Below, piece after piece: positions 11,659 to 22,776 of a stretch of 64,000 nt of DNA. Under the pieces are notes generated by a model. That model worked only from the letters and a program-made list of their open reading frames with translations. It searched no databases and was not told where the DNA came from. The stretch covers positions 94,118,001 through 94,182,000 of the forward strand of contig OZ076409.1 in assembly GCA_964187785.1 (NCBI GenBank), read 5' to 3'. The DNA is from Amphiscolops sp. MND2022. Taxonomy: Eukaryota. A program made the position numbers and the translations under genes. Positions within the stretch are counted from its first letter, which is position 1. Each line of letters begins with the position of its first letter.

Positions 11659-12689
11659 TGGTGACAGGAGTCCTCAATGATTCCACTAACCAACCCACCA
11701 AACGACCAAAAGCACAACGTATACTTAGCGAACAACCAAAAGACCGACCATCCACGTCAAAGATACTGTTCGCACCACAACCACAGACATTCCCATCAAC
11801 CAATCTACTTCCGATGCCGAAAGCACTCACTGCTTCGCTCCCAGTTTTCGATGGTAAGTCCGAAAAGTTTGAACTTTTTGAGGACCTATTCCGAAACAAT
11901 ATCAAAATGTATCCTCACCTAACCGAGATACAAAAGATCAACTACTTCCATTCACTCCTACGAGGAAACGCACTACAAGCGTATTGTAATCTAGATGACA
12001 CCAAAAAAGACAACCTAGAAGAAGTCATAACGGCATTTAAACGCCGCTTTGGTGATTTCCAATCATCCGCTAAAGCGAGATGTGAGTGGGACGCCCTGCA
12101 TTTTGACCCCACTAAACAGAAACTCCATGAGTTTCTTGACACCCTGCAAAAAACTGCAAAGGAAGCATTCGGCTCAGAAGCACAAAAATTCATTGATAAA
12201 GCAATCTACGCCAAAATGCCGGATCACGTCAAAAAGATCCTCAACAGAGCATATTTGGAAGATAAACCCTACAATGACATAGTTTTACATCTTGAGAGGG
12301 AAATGAGATTAAACGGACTAGGTGCGCCCGATGAAACAACCCTAGTCCCACTCAACACAGTGGACGCTGTAGTGACGGACCATAAAAAAGACCAACAACA
12401 ACGAGGCCATTGTTTTCACTGTGGCAAATATGGCCACTACAAGGCACAGTGTCGCAAACTTCAACGAGAACGTTATAATACAGCCAAAACAAACACAAAA
12501 GACCCAGCCCAAAACGAAGTACCCAAACCCAAGTGTGATACATGTGGCAAGATGCACAAAACTGAGAATTGTTGGAACGGAGCCAACGCAGCAAATGACC
12601 CCAGAAAGAAGAAACGAGAATTCACCATCCCAACCAACAAAATCAGTGAACAACCTGTACCTACCACGTCCTCTCAGCCAAAAAACTAA
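11280..12689 (+). CDS. gag: Gag, copy 1 (intact, 469 aa from ATG 11280)
   Basis: LPVFDGKSEKFELFEDLF capsid-like motif; zinc knuckles CFHCGKYGHYKAQC and CDTCGKMHKTENC. Confidence 0.92.
   Translation: MTTRSQKRKAVAELVSGDFEASLNENGSIENLIPSSSKNPRLELENLEEMKTTLRKEIMTDLTKILAENQKEMLKLIAPTNKKHTVSSNIQDSDSDQENISVTGTSTPVKTRTATSSKTTPNNSRNMVTGVLNDSTNQPTKRPKAQRILSEQPKDRPSTSKILFAPQPQTFPSTNLLPMPKALTASLPVFDGKSEKFELFEDLFRNNIKMYPHLTEIQKINYFHSLLRGNALQAYCNLDDTKKDNLEEVITAFKRRFGDFQSSAKARCEWDALHFDPTKQKLHEFLDTLQKTAKEAFGSEAQKFIDKAIYAKMPDHVKKILNRAYLEDKPYNDIVLHLEREMRLNGLGAPDETTLVPLNTVDAVVTDHKKDQQQRGHCFHCGKYGHYKAQCRKLQRERYNTAKTNTKDPAQNEVPKPKCDTCGKMHKTENCWNGANAANDPRKKKREFTIPTNKISEQPVPTTSSQPKN
11659..11671 (+). promoter_or_regulatory. 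Primer binding site, probably tRNA-Leu (second copy 25933-25945)
   Basis: TGGTGACAGGAGT directly after LTR ...ACA; differs at one position from the complement of the usual tRNA-Leu(CAG) 3' end (TGGTGTCAGGAGT, recalled). Confidence 0.75.
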
Positions 12690-12756
12690 AGTCGCCGCGC
12701 CTACGATTTGGGGAAAAAGTAGACGCGAGGGCGTACACGATAGAGGACCCCCCAAA
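12680..12756 (+). promoter_or_regulatory. -1 ribosomal frameshift signal (A AAA AAC plus predicted pseudoknot); copy 2 at 26953-27029
   Basis: Heptamer immediately before the gag TAA; the -1 frame is open from it into pol (KKLKSPRLRFGEKVDARAYTIEDPP...VGMILRHN). Confidence 0.8.
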
Positions 12757-15700
12757 CAGGTATGAAGAAGATTTTTTAACTGAATGTAATGAAGAACCAA
12801 CTCAAGACTGGCAACGCCGCTGGAACGTAGGCATGATACTCAGGCATAACGCCAGACACCCAGAAGATCCAACGCCACTACCCCAGTGGATAACAGAATC
12901 GCCCGATAACTATGCGACACTCAAAAGACCGTTACCGGAATCAAAAACAGACCGAATTTATATATATATGACAGAGACTACAGATGTGACCCTTGGGATG
13001 AACCAACCATCTATGATACAAATAAACTATCCTTCAAAATCCAAGTCTCAAACCCTCAAGCTCAAACCACGAAGACCACAAACCTACCGTCACCGCCGTC
13101 ACCGATCCTGAAAAGAACAACACCGTCCCCAACAGCACCCGTCACCGTCACGTCCACACCGATCGATGCCGAAAACATCATATGCATTGAAGACAAAACA
13201 ATATGGTCACGACAAGCAAGAGAACAGCGAGAAAACACCGCTTCACTCTCGTCATCACCACCAACCGCGCCAGCCACAGCAATAGCCGCTGAAGACGAAG
13301 AAATAACGGAATGTCATCCAACACTACCAGAAGATCTAGATGTCATCAAAGAATTCATCCAGCACGACAAGGAAGACGACTACATCCCGTTAATGTCTGC
13401 AATTGCCCTCAAGAAGAAAAAGAGAATGCTCTTCTTACCAATCGAATTCAATACTGTCAAAATCGAAGCCTTAGTCGACTCAGGTGCGTACATTAATGCT
13501 ATTAGCGAAAGGAATGCTGAAAAACTCCACCAAAAGGCGAGTCAATGCATTGTTAACAAAGCACCTCCACCCCCTTTCAAAGTGCAATACGCCAATGCCG
13601 AACTAGAACAACCACTTGCCACGTACACTCTACGCTTCAAAATAGGAGATTACACTTTTGAAGAAACATTCATCATCATGAATCAAACGTCATTCCCCAT
13701 AATTGGATTAGCGTTTCTACGAAAGCATGCCGCAATCCTTGACACGGCACAGGGAACCATCAACTTTCCCAAGATCCAAATCACGATGGCGCTCACAGAC
13801 GAAAGACAAAAGTGCAATCCCAAACCCATCACGATAAAGACCGAAGCCAAGCATACAATCCCAGCGCACTCTACCCGAGTCATCTACGCAACAATCCCTG
13901 TGAGTATTGAGCACCCAATAACGGGCACAATACAACCCCTACCACAATTCGATGAATGCGCGAAAGTAATAGTAGCCCCAGCGATTACAACAGCTAGAGA
14001 TAAAAAGCTCCCAATTAAAATCGCCAACACCACGGATTTTCCATACACAATAGCCAACGACACCAAAATGGCCGAACTGCAAATCCTGAAACCCGAAGAA
14101 ACGAAGATGATCCGCCCAGTTGACATTGCCGCCCTGAATCTCCTCAATGACCATGACGATGTGGTCACGTACATCAACGCACTAATGCAAGTAGAACGGC
14201 CAGAAGACAATGAAGAAAAATTCTGGTTCCCGACCCCAGAACACCCAGGCAACGAACAAGAACATTCGCCCATACAAAAGCGAATCCTGAAAGAACTGCG
14301 GGACCTTGCCGAATTAGAAAAACTTGACCCAACCGAAAACGAAGACTCTCGCAACAAATTTCTATCAATGTTCAAATGGACAGACTCACTAATTACGGGC
14401 AAAGACCGTGAAAAACTTGAGGACACCATTGTTGAATTCAATGACATCTTTGCTCGACACCGACTAGATATCGGGATGAATACACAGTTCAAAGTCAGCC
14501 TAACACCACAGGACGACAAACCAGTCTACACACAGAGCTTACCCGTCCCGATCAACCTCAAAGAAGACCTAACAGTGGAACTGGCACTGATGCACAAATA
14601 CGGCATCATCACGACACTCCCCTTCTCCAAGTACGCCAGTCCTATATTTGCACAACGGAAACCCAACGGCAAACTGAGACTACTGGTGGATCTGCGCAAA
14701 ATCAACGCACTCATAGCAGATGACTACATCAACAACAACCACCCTGTCAGCACCCTCTCAGATGCGGCACAACACCTAGCAGGGAAAAAACTATTCTGCA
14801 AACTTAACTGCTCCCAGGCGTATCACTGCCTTCAAATGGCAGACCAAAGGTCAGTAGAGTTACTTGCTTTTAATTTTGCTAGTAGGACGTTCGCCTATCG
14901 TCGTCTGGCACAAGGACTAAGCAGAGCCCTATCAGCCTTTTCGAGCTTCATGCGTGAGTATCTGGACTCAGTCATCAAAGCCGATCAATGTGCACAATAC
15001 GTAGATGACATTGGCATTGCTGCAAACACAACGGAACAGCTCATAAAAAACATCAGAGCAGTCTTCAAATGCATTAGGAAAGCAGGACTAAAACTAACCA
15101 TCGAAAAATGCCATTTTGGAGTAACCCAAATCGAATTTCTTGGCCGAATCATCACCCCCGACGGAGTAGCCCCGCAAGATCAAATAGTCAAAAATTTCCT
15201 CTCCAAAGTACGCTTCCCCAAATCCAAAAAACAAGTTCAAAAGTACATTGGCTTTGTTAACTATTACCGCAACTACATACCGCGCTTGTCAGAAAAGCTC
15301 ATTGGCATGTACGAACTTCTTAAAGCAGACTCCAAGATCAGAATATCAGAAGAACTTGTCGATAACTTTAAGGAAATCAACGCCAGTTTAGCGGAAGCTT
15401 GTGGACTTGCGCTCCGACAGCCCATAGCAGGAAAACAATACGTCCTAATGACGGATGCAAGCTTTCGTGCGTCAGGCTACGCCCTCATGATTGAGGAGAA
15501 CGATGAACGCAAAATACTCTCCAAACGAAAAACCTTCGCACCAGTAGCGTTCGGATCACGAGTTTTTTCACCTGCACAACTGAAAATGTCTATCTACTGC
15601 AAGGAATTCTTAGCAATCTATCATGCATTCCTCGAATACAGTCACATACTATGGGAAGCAACAATTCCAACCCTGGTCTTAACAGACAACCGCTCAGTAA

Positions 15701-17979
15701 CGAGATTCTTCCAGACCAAAACGACACCCCCTGCACTCTGGAATGCCTGCGACTATGTATTACAGTTCAAGTTTCGAATCATGCACGTAGCAGGCTCCCA
15801 AAACACAGCAGCAGATTTTCTCTCAAGACTCGAACTCACACCGAAAGAAAAGGTACAACTTAAACTACGAGACGACATCCTAACGTCCCCAATTGAGGTC
15901 AATCTGCAATCATCAGATGTAGCTGACGAAGAACAACTTTTCTTCCTACCTGATGAAGAAGATGAATCTGAACAAGAAATCTTTGCCCGAAAAGCACTCA
16001 GCAAACAACGCGCCCTAGACGAACATGAGAGAGAACTATCAACAAAAGTAACCGAAGTCATCAAGATACCACTCAACTCCGCAGTCTACTCCTTCGGCGC
16101 AATCAAAGAAAATGCACGGATCAGAAACGAACAAGATGCAGACCCTCTCCTCAAAGCACTGAAACAACGGATCTCACATGAAGAATATGACAAACACCTT
16201 CTCAAAACTGAACCACGAGGACGAAACCTATTACGCCATGAAGAAAGAATGATAATGAAAGATGGAGTTCTGATGCGGAAATACTACGGAGAAGACGGAT
16301 CAGTCACCCATAATCAAATTATAATTCCGAAACACCTAGTCCCAGAACTCTTGGCCACTCTACATGGGAAAACAAATAAACATCCAGGAATCGCAAAAAT
16401 GATACAAGAATGCAGAGCGAAATACTACTTCCCGGGTCTTGCACGTAAAATCAGAGCTTGGGTAACCAGCTGTCAAGACTGCATTGCCAATAAAAGAATT
16501 GACACAAGACAAATACGCCCCAAAATGCTAAGCAACACTGAATTCACAATGGGACCAGAAGACTGCCTAGAAGTAGACATTCTACCAAACCTACCTTCCT
16601 CAAATGGATACCAACACATCATAACGATGATGGATGTTTTTTCACGTTACCTTTTTGCTTACCCGACACAGGACATGACAGCCAAAACAGTCGCACGATG
16701 CATAATAGACGTCATGACACGACACTGCTACCTGCCGACCGTCATTCTAACAGATAAAGGATCACAATTCAGGTCAGAAGTAGTCAATCAAATAACACAA
16801 ACATTGGATATACGGATAAGCCACGCATCGACGAAACACGCTCAAACAATTGGCATCCTAGAAAGGACTCATGCCTCTTTGAAAACCTCCCTAAAGATAT
16901 CAACGGGAGAACGACGCTCTATGTGGCATAAATATGTCCAGATCGCGGTCATGAACTACAATACGAGCTATCATGAAAGCCTAGGTTGTGAACCTACAAC
17001 AGTATTTCACGGACGCATTCCGTACAACATCCTAGACATAAAACTCGGATTGAAACCTGAATGGAAAAAAGATAACAACGAAGAACTGACGGATCAACTA
17101 CAGAAGCAAATATCCGAAATACACCATGCCGCCAAAGAAAATCTAATGCAGTCCTACTTAAAGTACAAACAGTACTATGACAAGAAAGCAACAGCAACGC
17201 CACTCAAAGTCAACGACTACTGCTACGTCCTTAATCCGAAGGCAGACAACCAGTCAATGAAATTTGCCTTTAAAGATTGCATCTGGACTGGACCCTACAT
17301 AGTAGTCAAAGTACTCTCGAACAACAACTACGTCGTACGCCGCACGGGAACTAGGTATACTCAAACCCTCCACAGAATTCGCCTAAGGCTATATGCGCCC
17401 AATCAGCGAGTACCTGACGTAACAGTCAGAAGGGAAGATTACCTTCCAGACCCAGAGGTTAAAACAACCCACAATGATTGGTACGCGCAAGCTTGGGAAA
17501 CCGAATTCGGAGAAGTTCTGTTCGGAAACAATACGGAAAACGCCGCCAAAGAAGCTACACTTACAGAAATCGAAGACATAGCAGGAAACGACGAAAGTAC
17601 AACGGAAAATGATGTGGTTAAAACAACCACCAAAGAAAGTATAGTGGAAAATGACGTGGTTAAAATAACCACAGACGCACCTACAACGGAAAACGACGTG
17701 GCTCAAACAGCCACAAATGAAAATACTGCAGAAGATAAAACACCTTCCGACAATATAACGTCATTTGACCCAGATGTCAGCGATAACCCATATATTTTGA
17801 CCCCACCACCGATACACAGCCCTCCCAAAACACCCGAATTGCCGCCTATCGTCGTTGGATATAACCCTAGAAAAGTGGGAAGATACAACTTGCGACCTAA
17901 CCCGAAACCCAATGTCAATCCTGATTTTCGAATGCTTGACTCAGTTACTACGGAGGACTCACGTCCAACTCAAGACTAG
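12680..17979 (+). pseudogene. pol: Pol, copy 1 (PR-RT-RNaseH-IN), disabled
   Basis: ALVDSGA protease, YVDD RT, LMTDAS RNase H, HHCC plus D,D,E integrase, GPY motif. An extra TA in the (TA)n run near 12960 shifts frame before PR, and RT motif A reads KLNCSQAY (AAC 14806-14808) versus KLDCSQAY in copy 2. Confidence 0.88.
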
Positions 17980-18133
17980 CTAAAAAACTCAACAAACCAA
18001 ACCGAACCGGAATGGCTACGTCAATTTTTCTCAAGACTCTCTAAAACTACATACCCAAAAACTAATACAACAAAGATCAGAAGACAATAAAAAGAAAATA
18101 TAACTACATCAAAACCCAAATGAAACTAAATCA

Positions 18134-21100
18134 TCAACAGTTTTTGGACACTTTCTTAGACTTCGGCTGACTACCAGAACCATCATCATCAGCATCTCGT
18201 ACAACTTTCTTTCTTCCTTTAGACGAACCAGCTCCACCACCCGAATCACCACCGACGTTTTTCTGCTGCTTCCTTTTAAACGAAATAGTAGCAGACTTAG
18301 ACTCCGACTTCGTTCCGCCATTACTTGACTTACTGCCACCAGATTTCATAGAAACAACACTTAGAGGACCTGTATCTTGCCTCTTCCGCTGGATCACAGA
18401 ACTCAAGGAACCACTCGAACCAGCTGTATCGCCACTATCCGATAGCCGGGACATCCGATTTGCATTGTTGTACTCCACATAACGGGCATCGAAGCTTTTC
18501 CGGCGCTCTGCGAGGAAAGTAGTAAATGAGGCACTATACTTCACAACAAAGGCATCTACATCCTCCCTGCAAAAATCTGTCCACATACTGAAGTCAGACG
18601 CTCCAAAGAATCTACCAGCATCTGCGATGGCCTTCTTCACAACTATAAGAGTCTGATCACTGAAGAAGGATTGATGCGAATACCCTTCGCTCAATATATA
18701 AGACTGCACCAGTTGCACACAGCTCTGAAAGTCTGCAACACTCAATGCAAAACCAGATAAATCCAGAGACACGGCAGGATAGCGTGCGACAGACACTCCC
18801 GCGACAAGACAACACAACTTGAATACCCGGAGCAAATGTGGTCGTGACAAGAACCCTACATCACGGAGCAGGTACGGCACCACATTCACAATGTCACCAG
18901 CAGACTGCCCTGACGAAGAATGATACCCACGTTTTTCCACAATGAAACTTGCATGTTCCTCCAAAGCTGCACTACTTTCGTCCACACTCAGCGAACCACA
19001 GGATACAAGAATACGGCACAAATCCCCAAATAGACTGAAAACGGCCACATCATCGCCTTCCAGCATCAACTCGGGGCAGAAACTACACATCCCCTTAGCA
19101 ATAATAGAACGTGCATATGTGCTTTCCAGTAAAATGATGATCAGACGATCAACGAACTGACGACAATGAAGTCGGAAAGCCACATACTCTTTCGTCTTGC
19201 CTGCGGATAACTGTTGCCCCAAGTCATGATTAGAGAGGAAAGAATCACACGGAACAACAGCGAAATCCCGGACCTTCACGGCATCCATGTAACACTCCCA
19301 AGCATGAATTTCAGGAAGACCACTGGTGCTGCGAGTTTTCAAGAGCAGGAAATACACAAAATTGCAAAACTCGCCATAAGCGCGGAAAGCATAATCCGCC
19401 TGATCCTGTCGAAATCTGGGGCAATTGTTGTAAACTAAAACATACACCATGATTTGTATACAACAGAAGAACAACCCTACCCCAATACACAAAAGAGGAA
19501 GACAGGAAAGAACAGCCACTAATACGAACAAATACGCAGTCAACAACAGTCAAAAAACAATCTATCAACTCAAAAGAAAACACTCACAAGTATCAAGAAT
19601 CACTTTCAGCAGACTGAACCGATAAGTTATCATATTATCGGCAGTTAGTAACCAATCAATCCCCTGTAGCTAAAATACACAACCTGATTTGACAAAAAGT
19701 AACACCGCAACTACACCGGACGGAAGGAACAATTTTCACTCACCCGTTCAGCCTTGTCCTTAGCCTCAGGGTTACCAGTACATCGAACAAATGGACGTAT
19801 TGAAGGCCATAACTCTATCAGATCTGACAGTACTTCCCGCAAATCAGCGAATTCCACGTGGCCCTGACGAACACTTTTACACAGTATGGCTCTCTCCTCC
19901 ATCCAGTCCTCGTAAATGGCAGTTTTCAAACGTAACACAGTATAATCCACCAGAGAAGTCACCTCCATCATACTGAACACGTCCTGATAGGCTTGCCGAA
20001 TACAGCGAATCAACATCTCACTAGTGAAGGGCTGGTAAGACACAAAGACACGACTGTCAGCGCGAGTGTCACTCAAGACACGGACTAAGGACGGACTTCC
20101 GCCGACTATAGCCAAAGGCAACTTCCCAGACGGTAAACTACAGACGACTCGTGCCAAGGGCAGCAACTCTGGTTTTGGCACACGCTGCAGCAGCGACTCA
20201 CAACCGACACATACCTTCTTCAAATAGTTGTCTTCCCAGAAGAGAACGAAACAACGTTCTACCTCCGTATCCTTTTCGTACTGCAGAGAATACTCCCGAA
20301 ATTGCCCAATGTTCTTGAACATCACGCGCAGCACTCGGGGAACAAGGCCTTGACACAACACGGACTGAAACAAACACCCAAATGACAAGAAGAAGGAAGA
20401 GAAAATAAACAACAACGGAGAGCGAAATCACACAACAGTATATCTTTACGGTCACCTAGCGGCTTACAATAAAAGGAGCAAACACCACATAACAGAACAC
20501 CACCCACTAAATGTACCAAACACACAAAAATACTAACCACAGTCTCTGAGCGACTCCACTGTAGAGAGAATTCTGGATCCCGACCGCCCAGAGACGCAAG
20601 GAAGTAGCCCCACAGACGACGAACCAACGTGAAATCCCCGCCACTGCGCAACACATCACTCAAGCTTGAAACGAGAGTCATCAGTGGCACTTTCGAAGAA
20701 GCCTTCGAATGTTTGGGCAACATGTCCTCAGGGAAAGGAAACTCCCCGCCCAAATCCACGAAGGGCCGCGAAAGGAAGTCGTCCTTCTGACGGGCACTCA
20801 GCTCCATGGGCTCCATTAGCTTGTTGTACACAGGGAGACCCATGTGCACACGATATGTGACGTCCTGCTCCCAGTGCTTCTTTGACTCAAAGTGACGAGC
20901 AAACTCAGCTGACCCTTTTGAACCCATCTTTACGTCTCTTCTACAAATGCGACAATAGAAGACCTTTGCACTTCCACACTCTGAACCCGTCACGAAATCA
21001 GCAAACAATGGATTCAGCGCTAGCATCCGACGGTGCAACAACTTCCGACTGCTATATTTCTTCGCCTTCGGGCGCTCAAAGTGACTCTCCACTTTCTCAA

Positions 21101-22184
21101 CAAGCTCGCTGAAGCCTATAACACGCACAAAACCAATCAAACAAATGTAACACCCAAAACAAACGTCACTGCAACGTACCACACACCATTCCAACCAGAG
21201 GCCAATCACAAATAAACAACTCACCTGTCTGTATCTGCCGAGCAGTACGCTCCTCTACCGTCGAAGCCAACTGACGACCCAGCTGCATCATCTCGGGTGA
21301 CACGGGAGTTGCCGAGAATGATACGTCTTCTGCCCCACTCCAACCACTCAAGGTAGCATCAACATCTGCGACCCGTGTTGTCCTTTTCAATTTCGGAGAC
21401 GATTCCATGAACTTCACGCTCGTCTTCCGGAATGGAAACACTTTCGAACCTACAACACAAGAGTGATAAGAAATGGAAAACAGAAACCAACAAGTTGACA
21501 AAAAAAAACAACAACAACAACAAAAGAAACCAATCACACAACTTACAGACTGGCGTATCCTCCTCTTCTACAGCTCTTTCTTCTCCTGTGGAGGTGGTAG
21601 CAGCCTCACCTTCATGAGGCTCCACACTGACATCAAAATCGCCCGGAACTACTTCGGACAAATCAGGAGGAACTGCAGAGGAAACATCAATGCCCGGAAC
21701 TACCTCGGACAAATCAGGAGGAACGGCAGAGGAAACATCAATGCCCGGAACAACTGAAGACTCAGTAGTAGGACAAGCGGGAAGCAACGATGTCAAAGCA
21801 TCATTGATGGACTGCTCAGGAACCAGCACTGAAGTCACTGGAGGCAGCTTCGAAGAAGAACCCAGCGAAGATAACCCCACGGGGGTAGCAGATGTCCCAC
21901 CCGTAGTGGTAGCGGAAACAACAGCCAAGGAAGTTCCAGGTTGAGTTACTGAAAATCAAGATCTGGTTCAGACGCGTCAGAGTTACGGGTAAGACTATAA
22001 AAGGCTGATCACCAAAACAAAAATAGTCCTACTACCCAAGAAGTCAGAAAGATTTTTACCAACCTGAAGATGTAACTATAACTTCCGTTTCCGAGGGATA
22101 AGCGTCGTCTTCAGTGAAGCAGAAGTTAGTCTCATGCCCACTGAGAAAACCAGAGACATCAGGAGGAACAGCGTTTTCACTCAT
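18134..22184 (-). CDS. Antisense 7-exon gene, copy 1; predicted 1109 aa, BED/C2H2-type Zn finger, hAT-transposase-like. Exons 22184-22064, 21948-21547, 21449-21225, 21115-20538, 20364-19744, 19669-19588, 19434-18134
   Basis: Six GT-AG introns (donors GTTGGT, GTAAGT, GTGAGT, GTTAGT, GTGAGT, GTGAGT; acceptors TTTTCAG, TTGTAG, TTATAG, TTTCAG, TTTTAG, TTTTAG), all phase-compatible; 3330 nt open from ATG to TGA; motif FYCRICRRDVKMGSKGSAEFARHFESKKH. Confidence 0.82.
21642..21751 (-). repeat. 51-bp coding tandem repeat (VVPGIDVSSAVPPDLSE x2 plus partial) in exon 2 of the antisense gene
   Basis: Seen in both DNA and translation; in-frame unit length. Confidence 0.85.
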
Positions 22185-22776
22185 GATCAAAAGTGACAAT
22201 AGCAAATGCCAGCGAAATCTAAAAAGGGAAAAGAAATCAACAAAATAGAAATCACGTCGAGTAAAAGTTGACACCCTAAAAGAAATCATTAACGTCATCC
22301 CTACGTAATTGAAAAATCATCTAAACTTCAACTTCAGTGAAAGCCCATTACGGCAGTGACGGGACAAAACGTTCCAAAAAGCATACGGATGAATAAAAGA
22401 TTCATCAAGGAGCTCTGAAGAAAAGATGGCATTTTGAAAATTACGGAATATGAACGTAGAACATTCGAGAAAAATCAATGACGTCATCGCGCCATTAAAC
22501 AGAAAGAAGAAAGAAGATAAAATTGGAAGATTTTCTATGAGTTTCAACCAATCACTGCGCAGATGAAAGAAATCTCTTTTCTTAACTCGGGACGCACCGG
22601 AACGAAAACGGAAAAACCGACCAATAGAATTTCGATAAAAATTACGTAAGAAAGAATTTGAAACGGTCATTTGTCGTCCAATCTTCATAAAGCTTGACCA
22701 GCACAATTTTCTTAACGCACAATCGTCGCCAACAAGGAAAATCCTTGAAATAAAACAATCTGAAATTCTCAACAAG

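Noticed and set aside
17599..17710. Three ~20-nt spaced repeats (GGAAAA(T/C)GA(T/C)GTGG)
   Set aside because: Coding repeat (ENDVV/ENDVA) in the integrase tail; not a CRISPR array.
13683..17918. Many short ORFs antisense to pol (and their duplicates in copy 2)
   Set aside because: Shadows of pol codon bias; no phase-consistent splice pattern or motif noticed.
13393..17979. Independent pol ORF with its own ATG
   Set aside because: Copy 2 shows the frame extends back to the gag slippery site; the apparent start results from the +2 TA slip.
18134..19546. 470-aa minus-strand ORF with a hydrophobic N-terminus, read as an env or membrane protein
   Set aside because: The hydrophobic leader is translated G/T-rich intron 6 (acceptor at 19435). 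The same applies to the hydrophobic ends of ORFs 19711..20415, 20322..21224 and 21166..21537.
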